From Eledone cirrhosa (Eukaryota): a stretch of DNA of 64,000 nucleotides. Positions 29,016-42,160 of this stretch are shown here, piece by piece. The DNA lies in assembly GCA_964016885.1 (NCBI GenBank), contig OZ024740.1, positions 182,590,001 through 182,654,000 of the forward strand. The letters are read 5' to 3'. The position numbers were made by a program, and so were the translations under genes. The notes below the pieces were generated by a model. It was given only the letters and a program-made list of their open reading frames with translations. It had not been told where the DNA came from and did no database searches. The stretch's first letter is position 1; every line of letters begins with the position of its first letter.

Positions 29016-29583
29016 AATATTTGTGTGTGTATGTTTATATTTGTGTATATGTCTATGTGTACGTATGTATATATGTATGTATGTACGTCTATATGTATAT
29101 ATATGTGTATGTGTGTGTGTATATATATATGTGTATATATATATGTAGCGCTCTCTAAACAAATGGAAGTAGCTAGAGTTATTTCCCGTAGAATTTCTAG
29201 AATATTCCTTTAACTTCCGTTCCAGAGATTATAAAAGAAAGAGCAAAGGGCTATCTCCCTCTCTTTTACCATCAGGCTCTAGAACTGACCGCACCAAGCA
29301 CAGATATGTTAAGCTTTTTTCTAATCCTATCTTGTATATCAAGATCACACCATATCATGGCACAAGGTACGTTTTATTACCAAAATTGTAACAAGCACAC
29401 TTCAATAAATACAAGTCATTATTTATACTCGTTTACGAAATATTCTTCATGCTTCAATTATTATATCCTCATTTCTTTTACATCTTCTAAACAAATTAAA
29501 TTAGTGGTTGGCATGTAGTGGTATTTACTGGAGTAGATGATCCTATGGCCAATTCACTAAATATATATATATATACATATATA

Positions 29584-29696
29584 TAAGTTGAAAAAAAAAT
29601 GAAAACGAAATTTCATTTCTCACTCTTAGTATGGCACTTACTTAAATGTTAGTATGTATACGTACATACATATATGTATACAGACGTACAGTAGCA

Positions 29697-29756
<60 letters not shown>

Positions 29757-30147
29757 CAGGTACACATACATATATGCACGCATCAGTTTAGCGGACGCTT
29801 ATTATAACGCCGCTTTGTTCGTTTGTAAACAAACTGAACAGCCTGAATTTATGCCATACGGTGTTAAGGCAACCACGTCACCTTTTTGTTCAACACTGAC
29901 ACAGGAACGATGTACTAGTTTCAAGCTTGTTAGCTATCATCAGCACCGTATACCCATCTGCCAGATAGTTGAACGTTCAAAGTATATACTTTTCTTATGA
30001 AAATTAACGGCTGAGCAACCTAATTTGCATATTGAGTGAGTTAAATCGGTCAGGCATACCGAAAACGATAAGTTGAAAAAAAATGAAAACGAAATTTCAT
30101 TTCTCACTCTTAGTATGGCACTTACTTAAATGTAAGTGTACCTGTAC

Positions 30148-30148
<1 letters not shown>
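29584..30148 (-). mobile_element. Retrozyme-like repeat, family B (one unit plus terminal redundancy)
   Basis: Direct repeats at 29584-29650 and 30068-30135; hammerhead acggtg-CTGATGA-tagctaacaagctt-GAAA-ctag-TA-catcgt at 29907-29949; homologous to 41220-42160. Confidence 0.75.
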
Positions 30149-30198
<50 letters not shown>

Positions 30199-30201
<3 letters not shown>

Positions 30202-31300
30202 GGGTGTGTATGATTGTGTATAGAAGATTATATTAATAAAAGGAATTCCAACTGTGTCTGATTTACTCGTTTTATTTACAATTCTTTAAAATTATAATGA
30301 TATTATAATGAAATTAGATGGTAGAATGTTAAGTGTTAATTGAACAAGTACTTTCATGCTTTCGCAATCTTTAGGTTCATATTCAGTGGTGACAGGCAAG
30401 TTTGCAATTTTCAACTGTAATCAGATGGGTAAATTCTGTGCCTTATATACAGTAAAAGGGGCTACATAATGCTAAGTTTTGCAAACTATATTTCGACCAA
30501 TCGGTGTGGAGTTTCACTAGATTACTAAAGCTTATTGGTTTAGGCGTCACGGCTGGTTGAGCATGTCTAACGACTTCTATTTGACCCTATACAAAGCAAC
30601 AATTGTTTTGCTATTTTTGGAAATGATGAAAATAGCATTTTCTAGGGTTTTTATTAAAAATATTCAGTAATCATCACTATCAACATCACTTTTATTATTA
30701 TTGTTGTTGTTGTTAGTGTTGGAAGTCGACATGGTCGTAGGTGTAGTCATAGTAGGAGTTATACCCCTAAGCATTATTATTGTTCATTTAGCTTGGGTTG
30801 GAATTTATCAATAAAATTATTTTCTTTAATTTTTTTCTTGATTTCAATTTGGCTGTGTAATTTGTAGAATGGAAATATTATAAATATTTTCTACCCACAG
30901 GTTGCTAGATGGTTACTCAGTGGTATCTGACGGACATTTGGATCTCTGATTCGCTGTCGGTGAACCCGTGCATGTTCCGATAATGCATTTCCAGTTTGAC
31001 CGACACATAGTTCTTCACAATTCGGACACATTGTTTTTGTGTGTGTTGACAACACACACAAAAACAAGATGGCGTAGGACAGAACAATAGGAGAGGCACA
31101 AAACAAAGAAAAGAATCCCTAGTCACTGAAGAGGTCACATAATGTGTGACAAAAGAACTTTGACAATATATGAACAACCGTCCGGTTGTGGAACCAACCA
31201 ACCAACCGGAAATTTATAAATTTATAATAAATTGGTGTGAAAGCAACTGCTGAGCGTGTTTCTTATTGTTGGCAACATGATCCTCCCAAAGTATAACAGT
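30199..31300 (-). mobile_element. Second copy of the Neptune-like PLE 3' end with a joined plus-strand segment
   Basis: Same start as 20708 (cacgggtgtgtatgattg); CPNCEELCVGQTGNALSEHARVHR fragment; degenerate plus-strand hammerhead at 31122-31164. Confidence 0.8.
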
Positions 31301-31326
31301 ATATATATATATATACACACAAATAT

Positions 31327-31409
<83 letters not shown>

Positions 31410-31595
31410 CATACATACACACACACATACACATATATATATATACACATACACGTACATACATACATATACATACGTACACATAGACATATAAACAAAT
31501 ATATATATATACATATACACGCATACATACGTACATACATACATATGTACACACATACATATACACACACATATATATATATACACACACATACG

Positions 31596-31635
<40 letters not shown>

Positions 31636-31764
31636 CATATATACACACATACATATACACATACATATATACGCATATACACACACACATACACATACAT
31701 ACAGACACTCATACAAATACGTACATACATACACTCATATATATACATACATATACACACACAT

Positions 31765-34720
31765 ATACATGTATAAAAATGAAGTACGCTCTACATGGGG
31801 AAAAAGCAGATAGGTAAGAAGTACTTACATAACCATAGTGCCGTGTTTCGGGTCGAGATGGGTTAGGGGTAGGGGGTATTTTGACGAGTGGGTTTAAAAA
31901 AAAAATGAAAATCTCTTTTAGCCATCTGGTATCAACACTGGCTTAAAGTATTTGAAAGTAGCCATGTTTTTGTGCATGCAATTCGGGTAGTGTTCAGAGA
32001 GTTTGTTAAATAGCGGGCCCTTGGCAAATACTATTTCGTAGCTCTCTGATATACAAAGGTCGCAGTACTTGTGTCCTCCTTTATATGAGCACGCTCCTGG
32101 AGTATTTTCCATTTAAACGTGAAGGGGGTAGAGTTCCTTTTGACATAGGAGCCGTGTCTTGTCTGATTTGATTTGTCCGGTCTTCTGAAAGATTGGGTAT
32201 GGGCATACCACCGGGTCTTAAAATTATTGGGAGTCATGCCGATGTAAGTATTTTTGTTGATGCCGTCATCGGTGCCTGAGATTACATCACATTTGTATAC
32301 GATGTCATTTGTCAGGCATTTGTTTTCAATTGGGTCGGATTCCTTATTTAGGCAGTTGCACAAGGCTCCCGGGGATTGGGTTCGGAGGAAGTAGGCTTAT
32401 TTAATTTTTTAGAGTTGAGAATGGCTATATTCCTAGCTAGGTTAGGTGTAGTGGAGTAGGAAAGTCTTATTGTGTTCTTATTGAAGATGGTGTAGTACCT
32501 ATGTTGTATGGGAAGTGTGTGTTCAGCAAAATGAAGAAAGTCCTAACTATAGGTGTAGACACCTCTCTATAGAAGGGGGGATTGTACCAACTAAGCTGCC
32601 TATGCCTATTCCTCCTAGGTGGTCTTGGGGTGCTTTCTAGGTAAGTGATCTTTTCTTTAAATCCGCTGCAGGCGAGGGCGTCTTTGTAGTAGGAGGCAGA
32701 GGCATAAATATATCTTCATTGGCCGAGAGGCCGGAGATTCTAATTGAGACGCTTTTTACTAAGGTATCTGTGATGTTTGGGAGGTGGTTAGAATTAACAT
32801 TAATATATCTAAGGGACTCGTTAGGTTTGTGGTACGGGTGATAGAGGGAAGTATCTAGGTCAAGAGTCAAATCTAAATGTTACCCCTAGTCATATTAGAT
32901 TCTATGGTTATTCTAAATCCTAGATTACGGAAGAACGAGCTTAAGTTTCTCCGAAACCCCTCAGTGGTTCTGGGGTTAGCCTTGTGCAAGGCGAAGAGGC
33001 CGTCGTTTCGGTATAATCCTTCGGTGAGGCCAGTGAAGGGGTTCTTCAGATGATGTAAGACGTACAGTCCTACGGGGTCGCTTATTTCAACCGAGTCACT
33101 CGCTCCCATGCTGACGTCGAAAGGGGTCTGAGACTTCTTGTTGATCCAGTAAGATCCCTCGTGGTGTACAAAGGTCTTACAGGCGTGGAGGGTTACATCT
33201 TGTTCAGCGTCGGTTATGGTGGTAAATTCCTGGCAAAAGCAAGTGCGTCCTTCAGTAGGGGCTCTGAGATAGAAGCATTGTAGTCGTCTATGTCGAGTTG
33301 CAGGAAGGGAGTGTGGCGTTTGTAAAGAAAATATTGGAACCAAGAGATTGCCTTGGATGTTCTGCTCCAAAGTGGGAATGGTGAAGCAGCCCGCAGTAAT
33401 GGTAGAACTCTATCGAGGATCTTTTTGCTGATAGAGCCGATGTCCGAACGTGTGAGGTTGATACGTCTGACTGATGGTTTGTTGAGGAAGTTTCCTATGT
33501 GGTCCTTCAGGATAAAGTGCGGGGTCTTTATCCTTAAATGTTCCATTCGGTCGTATAGTTTAAGGGACTTGACAATTTCTTTTCCGGCCGCATTGGTCTC
33601 AGTCAATGACATCTCGTTCACCTTTTTGTAGGTAGTCGTGATGGCATTTTTTGCCAGCTTATTCTAGGTCGGTGTGTCTACCTGATAAACGTTTTTCGTT
33701 TTATCGGACTAGACATGGAGATTGGGGGAAATTTCAGTTGTTAAGTAGGCCTGGAATGGTGTGTTGGCTTTACGAAATTTGATATCTTTGATCATCTTGA
33801 AGAGGTCTTCCTCAAAAGGTTCAAGTAGATTGTTGGTGGGTGGTGCCTTATTCGTTTTGAAACCGAACTTCTCGTCATTGGTAGATGATACACCAGGGTT
33901 GTCGAGGAAGAAGGCTTTCTATCTAATTCGCTTGATGAACTCGTCTGTACGTATGATGAGTGTTTTTTAGGTAAAGTTTCCTTGAAGGGATCGGGATATT
34001 CTTCATGGAGACATCAATGTCGAGTTTGGTCAGCATAGTTTCTTGGTGATGATTAAGAAAAGCACTATGAGTGCTAAAAGATAAGTTATTCCGGGTTCAA
34101 TCGGGAGCAACCACAGTAAGTAAGGTACTCAATGCATAGTAGAGTATAGATGTTTTAATATAGAAAAGCTTCTACAGGACTAGAACTGCTTCATTCGTGA
34201 GAAATCATCAGAAAGCTGACTGTTCAAGTAAATGTGGTGGTATTTATATCTGTTCTGGTGGTAGGAGAGTGTGGAGATTGGGATGGGGGGGGGGTTCATT
34301 GGTTGATGGATTTACAGAAAGGGGAGTTCAATAAAAGCTAATTCTTTAAAGCTATAATTTATATTAACAAAGGCAGAAAGAATACTGTAAACAGGTTCAA
34401 ATTGGAATACCAATCCTTGTTTATCTCTTAAACTAACAATGCCTGTAAGTCAGGGGTCTACAGGATGGGTGGGGTTCATTGGTTTAAAGAAAAGGGAAAT
34501 TCTTTAGAAGCTAATACTTTAAGGCTTAAATAAGGGTGACAAAGGCAGAAAGGGTTCTATAAACAGATTCAAGTGTTGGGGTGCTTCCCCTTATTGTGCC
34601 GTTTCTCTTAATTTATATTCCAGTAGTCAACACGCACTTTAACACACACGCCCACTAACACACGTACACATACACGGACACAAGCACACACAGACAGGCA
34701 CACAAACAAAACAAACATAC
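31765..34720 (-). mobile_element. Near full-length Naiad-like Penelope element (pseudogenised RT + C-terminal GIY-YIG)
   Basis: ORF start ~34036: SMKNIPIPS..IKRIR*KAFF..FGFKT; SDIGSISKKILDR; FLQLDIDDYNASI; FDVSMGASD; GLYRNDGL; YHPYHKPN; CNC..C....VYKC..YIGMT..FKTRW..H; CDLC..E; stop at 31918; hammerhead at 34167-34217 upstream of the ORF. Confidence 0.88.
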
Positions 34721-34728
34721 ATATAAAT

Positions 34729-34785
<57 letters not shown>

Positions 34786-34833
34786 AAATACACACATACA
34801 TACTTACATACACACATATATATATACACGCAA

Positions 34834-34963
<130 letters not shown>

Positions 34964-34964
34964 C

Positions 34965-35796
34965 AGGCTATATAAATAAGATTAAATACATCGATAACAG
35001 TGATAAGGCAAATAACCTTACTATTAATTATAATTACAATAAAAGATCTAACATAAACTCTAAAACTAACAGAAGAACTAGAACTAGAAATATTATTTGG
35101 TACTCACCCCCATTCTCATTAAGCGTTAAAACACCATTAGCAAAGATATTCTTTAAAGCACGAGATAAATGTTTTCCTAAAGCCCACAGATACCACTCAA
35201 TCTTTAACAGACATACTATAAAACTATCTTACTCTACTACTATGAACATAGCACAGAATGTAAATAGAATCAATAATAGAAATTTAAACCATAACTAAAA
35301 TAGCAGTAGTATCTCTAGCAATATCCAACATAATAGTACCGGTCTGAATAACAACAATTCCGCAAAATGTAACTGTAGAATTAAATTAAACTGTCCTTTA
35401 CAAAATAAGTGTTTAGATAAGGACGTGGTCAATAAATGTACAGTCAAAACCAGTGATAATATATTTAACTATGTAGGTAGAACTTCTACGGAATTTAAAA
35501 GTCGCTGGAATAATCACAAATGCTCTTTCCAAAGATTTGATAAAAAATCTTCAACTTCTCTTTCAAACCTGATATGGAACTTAAAATGCAAGAATATGGA
35601 CTATTCTTTAACTTGGGAAATAGTTTCGAAAGCACCCGCGTACCGAAACATAGCTTTATCTAGATTTTTCAAATTGTGTGTTGAGGAAATTTGTTTCATA
35701 CTTAAATGTAAGAACTCTATTAATATAAGGACGAATTTGTTTAGTTCTTGTAGACATCGCCTGATTTCAACATTTAGAACAATATATAAATTATAA
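34965..35796 (+). pseudogene. Second Naiad-like PLE family, C-terminal linker + GIY-YIG fragment
   Basis: RNIIWYSPPFSLSVKT..FP..HRYHSIFNRHTIKLSYS; CNCRIKLNCPLQNKCL..YVGRTSTEFKSRWNNHK..STSLSNLIWNLK..LCVEE..CRH. Confidence 0.85.
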
Positions 35797-36977
35797 TTAC
35801 ACTTATAATATTTCTACTTATTTCCATAACAATCTTATCCACTTGGTTTTAATATATTGATATCTCTAAATCATATCTATAACATTTGCTATAATTTCAC
35901 TTCTTAAAGTTTCTTAAAATATATACATATATAATTGGAATTTTTTAAATTTTAATTGTAATTTTAATCTTTATAATTTTTAATTATTTCTTTAATTTTT
36001 TATCTATTTTTAAAAATTACTTTTTTTTTTAAATTACTTATCTCTTATAAATTATTTTTGAAAAAAACTTTCCGAAATTTTAAATATTTTTTCAATATCT
36101 TCTATTAGATTCATAACCACTAACTAATTCTGGCTAAATATATCTTTCAACATTTATACTTATTTTGACAAAATAGTCTCATACTAACGAATAAATAAAC
36201 AAAACTGGAATATTTTCCGTATCTTCCCCTTTTAAAATATATATATATAAATATTCTTATTAACTCAGTTAACTTAATTTAATTTAACTTAATATTTACT
36301 TACATTAAATACAAAACCAATATCCCTCATAACTCATTAAAACAATTATCTATAACACGATATACCCATCTATTCATTTATTTATCTATTTATCCATTTA
36401 TTTATTTTTCTTTCTATTCTTCTATCTATTTATTTTTCTATCTACTTATAACAGTAAATATTATATTAGAAAATAATTTTAACAACTAATTAATTGTAAA
36501 TACACGTACCATTAGATATATACTTAGAATATATTCCCCCAAATTACCGTTATATGAGTTTTATTCATCCTCTTGTTAATTTCTTCTCTCAATCTCTCTC
36601 GTAATATTTTTTTTCTCTCTTTCTCCAGTGTCATTTAAATAAACGGTTGTTTTTCAATTATTTACATATTCATTTGCATATTCACACATAAATTTGAATA
36701 ATCCCTAATATATTTCCACTATCCAGTGAATGTCCAACCGATAAGGTATGATTTTCATGGGTATGTCTCTATTTATAAAACAAACTTTGTATTTTATCTG
36801 ATGAAAACGTATCAATGTTGTCTTGGTGGCCCTTGAAATATATATAATAAAATAAATATGGTTTTATAAATATAGTTTCCATTTATTGAATATCATTGCT
36901 CTAAATCAGTTATAAACATTTATATTTGTCGGACTTCCAACAAATTAAATACCACTTCTACTTATATATCTATATAT

Positions 36978-37300
36978 ATATATTAATAAAAGGAATTCCA
37001 ACTTTGTCTGATTTACTCGTTTTATTTACAATCCTTTAAAATTATAATGATATTATAATGAAATAGTATGGTAGAATACAGAATGTGTGACGAACTTTGA
37101 CAATATATGAACAACCGTCTGGTTGTGGAACCAACCAACCGGAAATTTATAAATGTTTATATTTATAATTTGATTTATAATAAATTAGAGTGAAAGCAAA
37201 TGGTACGTGTGTTTCTTATTGGCAACATGAGACTCTCAAAGTATAACAATATCGGTTTCAACACACGTTTTCAGATAAAGAATCTTGCTAAATATATTCA
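36978..37300. mobile_element. Internally deleted derivative of the Neptune-like PLE
   Basis: 36978-37076 matches 20737-20836; 37081-37248 matches 31141-31298. Confidence 0.7.
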
Positions 37301-37444
37301 GAAACGAAATATATATATATATATATATATAGATAATTTAATATATCAACTAACATAAGCGCACAGATGCACGCCCATGCCAGCAAATACACAGGTTATG
37401 TCATAGTACCTAGGTGGTTCAATGCAGGAGAATGCAGAACAATA

Positions 37445-38164
37445 ATATAAAGGACGTAAAATAAGAAAATATTTTTTTAAAAAAATTTAAAAAAAATTTT
37501 TTTCTTACTTAAATTTTCACTCCAACTAATTAGTTTCTGCAATGGGATAAAGACAGTTATGTAATCCAACTGTCGAGAATTCATTGCGTCATCAGGAAGT
37601 CTATTCTCAGTTAAGTCTCCAGGCAATGCGCGGACACTGGCGGCTCATATAAAAATAATAATAATTCGGTAGATCGAACAGCTTGCGAGGACTGGATTCT
37701 ATGTACCGAAATTCTCACTGCTTCAAGTCAAATGGCCGATTCTAAAGAATCAATCACGTGACACAGAGGCTAGTTAGAAGGAATGGGATGGTAAGATGAC
37801 TGACGCCTAGGCGTCAGTCATCTTACCATCCCATTCCTTCTAACTAGCCTCTGTGTCACGTGATTGATTCTTTAGAATCGGCCATTTGACTTGAAGCAGT
37901 GAGAATTTCGGTACATAGAATCCAGTCCTCGCAAGCTGTTCGATCTACCGAATTATTATTATTTTTATATGAGCCGCCAGTGTCCGCGCATTGCCTGGAG
38001 ACTTAACTGAGAATAGACTTCCTGATGACGCAATGAATTCTCGACAGTTGGATTACATAACTGTCTTTATCCCATTGCAGAAACTAATTAGTTGGAGTGA
38101 AAATTTAAGTAAGAAAAAAATTTTTTTTAAATTTTTAAAAAAAAATATTTTCTTATTTTACGTC

Positions 38165-38172
<8 letters not shown>
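37445..38172. repeat. 728-bp spacerless palindrome (foldback-like element)
   Basis: Centre gactgacgcct|aggcgtcagtc at 37808/37809; the only arm differences noticed are 2 nt in a homopolymer run; right end abuts (TA)n. Confidence 0.95.
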
Positions 38173-38242
<70 letters not shown>

Positions 38243-38245
<3 letters not shown>

Positions 38246-39915
38246 CATTACAGAATAATCAAAACTATGTTCAAAACATTTTATTGCTGACAATCGTTTC
38301 TTCCAAACTTTCGTTTGGTCTCATCGGAGCACTGGAAAGGTTTAGACATAATTAATCTCCTATTCCGCAGAACAATCGTAAAGATACGTAGATGTTAGTG
38401 TTGTCATTAACAGTGTCATATTTAAAGAGTGAAGATGATGTGGTCAGTTTCAGTGCATGCGACAAAGATTATAAAATTTAAACAACAATTATACAGGAAT
38501 TAAAGAAGAAAGTTACTCAAAAACGAGGACATTAGCGGTACATATGCAAACGTATAGAAATAGTGTAGAGGTATTAGGTATAAACCACCGAATAAATTAT
38601 GTAACATCTGTATTCTAGAGACTCGCACTATAATCTATTCTAAGCTAAACCTTTTAAATAGAAAATCAGAATGTTTGTCCATGTGCCAGCACTACCACAG
38701 ACACTCTTTCCACAACTTCAAATATAGCTCCTAGTATATAACAATTTCAGATCAGGATTCCTCACCACCGTTAACCTCTAAGTTTTATCAGCATATAATT
38801 ACCCCCACAGCATCACATTCTATGATGAGCTCATTCCTCTACTTACCTCCTATTTATCTCAAATCTTATACTCTACAATAACTATTGGGAATAAACATAA
38901 AGTTACCACCATTTAATATAACTACAATAACTTCCTTACTAATATTGTATTCATTTAATTAATATACGGATACGTAGTGATAAAATGAGACTTTAAGTTA
39001 TTATATGGAAAAAATATAGTGTTTAAAATTAAATATATACATTTTTAAATAAATAGCATTATATAAAAGCATTCACTTATAACATAATATATTGTATATT
39101 AACACATATAATTTAACTAATTGGAGTTGTAAATAACTATACATTTTTCTCTTATATACAAATTAATTGCAAATTACCTTCACATTAGCTCCCCTTAGTA
39201 TAGATCTCTAATCACTTCCTGAAATTAAACCGTTAGACAGATCACACCAGAACACCTCGAACCCTGGATAAGATTGTAATAGGACAAATATACAATCCAT
39301 AGTTGTAGCTACTAATAAACATTTACTAAAATATAACCAATGTAATGGAAAGAAAAACCTTAATATTAATACTCACAACACATACACATTTGAACATTAC
39401 CGGAACAATTATCACATTGCATCCACCATAAACTTCATAGAAACTGTTTATCATAAACACGCATCTCTGTCTGCTTAATATGCTTTTATACCTGTATTGT
39501 ATTATGTGATACCTTGCCATAATGTGATATATATGCTTAGTACCATTGCTTGTTTCTTACCTGGTTATTCTGTACATGCCTAATACCTCTGTACTATTTC
39601 TATACGTTTGCATATGTACCACTAATATCCTCGTTTTGCGAGCAACTTTCTTCTTTAATTCCTCTATAATTGTTGTATTATTCTTGTATAATCTTTGTCG
39701 CATCCACTGATACTGGCGACATCATCTTCACTCTTTAAATATGACACTGTTAATGGCAACACTAAGATCTACGTATCTTTACGATTGTTCTGTAGAAAAG
39801 GAGGTTAATTATATGTCTAAATTTTGCTAGTGCTCCGATGATATCAAACAAAAGTTTGGAAGAAACGATTGTCAACAATAAAATGTTTTGAACATAGTTT
39901 GATTATTCTGGAATT
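38243..39915. mobile_element. Element with ~340-bp inverted terminal repeats, each carrying a variant hammerhead
   Basis: 38243-38582 is a diverged reverse complement of 39577-39915; tgct-CCGATGA-stemII-GAAA-c gatt g-TC-agca at 38285-38331 (-) and 39831-39877 (+). Confidence 0.7.
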
Positions 39916-40504
39916 TATATTCCGGCTCTATAAAACATGTGATGTATTTACATTGAGCTATTTTTCTTACTGGTAATAAGGTGGTAATGAATTACTGATC
40001 TTTCCTGTTTATAATTACATATAGTGTATATATAAGTATAAATAATATTATTATTATTATTATATGCATATATATGTGTGTGTGTGCGTGTGTGTATGTA
40101 TTTATATGTATGTTTGTTTTGTGTGTGTGCCTGCCTGTGTGACCATCTGTGCGTCTATGTGTACGTGTGTTAGTGGACGCATCTGTGAATGTGCTTGTTG
40201 ACACCTGAAATTAAGAGAAACTTCACAATAAGTGGTAGCACCCCAACTCTTGAATCTGTTTATAGAACCCTTTCTGCCTTTGTCACCCTTAAAGAAATAG
40301 CTTCTAAAGAATTTCCTTTTTCTTTAACCCAATGAACCCCACCCATCCTGTAGACACCTGACTTACAGGCATTGTTAGTTTAAGAGATAAACAAGGATTG
40401 GTATTCCAATTTGAACCTGTTTACAGTATTCTTTCTGCCTTTGTTAATATAAATTATAGCTTTAAAGAATTAGCTTTTATTGAACTCCCTTTTCTTTAAA
40501 TCCA

Positions 40505-40590
40505 TCAACCAATGACCTCCCCTATCCCAATCTCCACACTCTCCTACCACCAGAAAAGATATAAATACCACCACATGTACTTGGACAGTC
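40505..40590 (+). promoter_or_regulatory. Putative Pol II promoter in the PLE pLTR
   Basis: CCAAT at 40509 and 40527, TATAAATA at 40560-40567, Inr-like CAGTC at 40586; largely conserved in the copies at 34.2 kb and 25.2 kb. Confidence 0.55.
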
Positions 40591-40641
40591 AGCTTCCTGA
40601 TGATTTCTGACGAAAGAAACAGTTCTAGTCCTGTAGAAGCT
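40591..40641 (+). ncRNA. Type I hammerhead ribozyme with full stem III
   Basis: agcttc-CTGATGA-tttctgacgaaa-GAAA-cag ttctagtc ctg-TA-gaagct; predicted cleavage after GUA at 40635. Confidence 0.85.
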
Positions 40642-41109
40642 TTTCTATATTAAAACATTTATACTCTGCTATGTATTGAGTACCTTACTTACTGTGGTTA
40701 CCCCCCGATTGAACCCGGAATAACTTATATATATACAAAACCAACCACGCATATCTATACTATCTCTAATCCTTCTATAGATTTAGAAAAATAACCAATA
40801 ATATATTCTATAAAAATGTCAAAACAACAATCTAATTACTCACTGCCACCCAAAATTCTCACTGCTATCAAAAAACCACTCCCTCAACTATTCTTCTAAC
40901 AACTTCACCCTCCCTCCTAATATTCTCTATAAAAACCAAACAGGTCCTCAGTAAAATTATTCCGATGAAATGACAGTTGATAATAACATTGAAATATTGA
41001 ATGTCTGCATAACTAATACTTTGTAGATAGCAGCTGTTTTCAGGTTATGTAACTGTTATAGAAACACGTGTCAATAAATTCCTTTTAACTAAACTGTATC
41101 CATTAAAAT

Positions 41110-42160
<1,051 letters not shown>

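Larger units (their letters stand above)
40080..40727 (+). mobile_element. Solo pLTR of the Naiad-like element (inverted relative to 34081-34730)
   Basis: Reverse-complement similarity to 34081-34730; contains CCAAT/TATA boxes and a hammerhead. Confidence 0.85.

Noticed and set aside
31918-34036. Selenocysteine (UGA) recoding as reported for some Naiads
   Set aside because: The interruptions I could place are frameshifts and TAG stops (e.g. W to TAG in RIR*KAFF); no in-frame UGA or SECIS identified
40955-41015. CCGATGA...GAAA hammerhead-like motif
   Set aside because: No convincing stem I pairing and single copy
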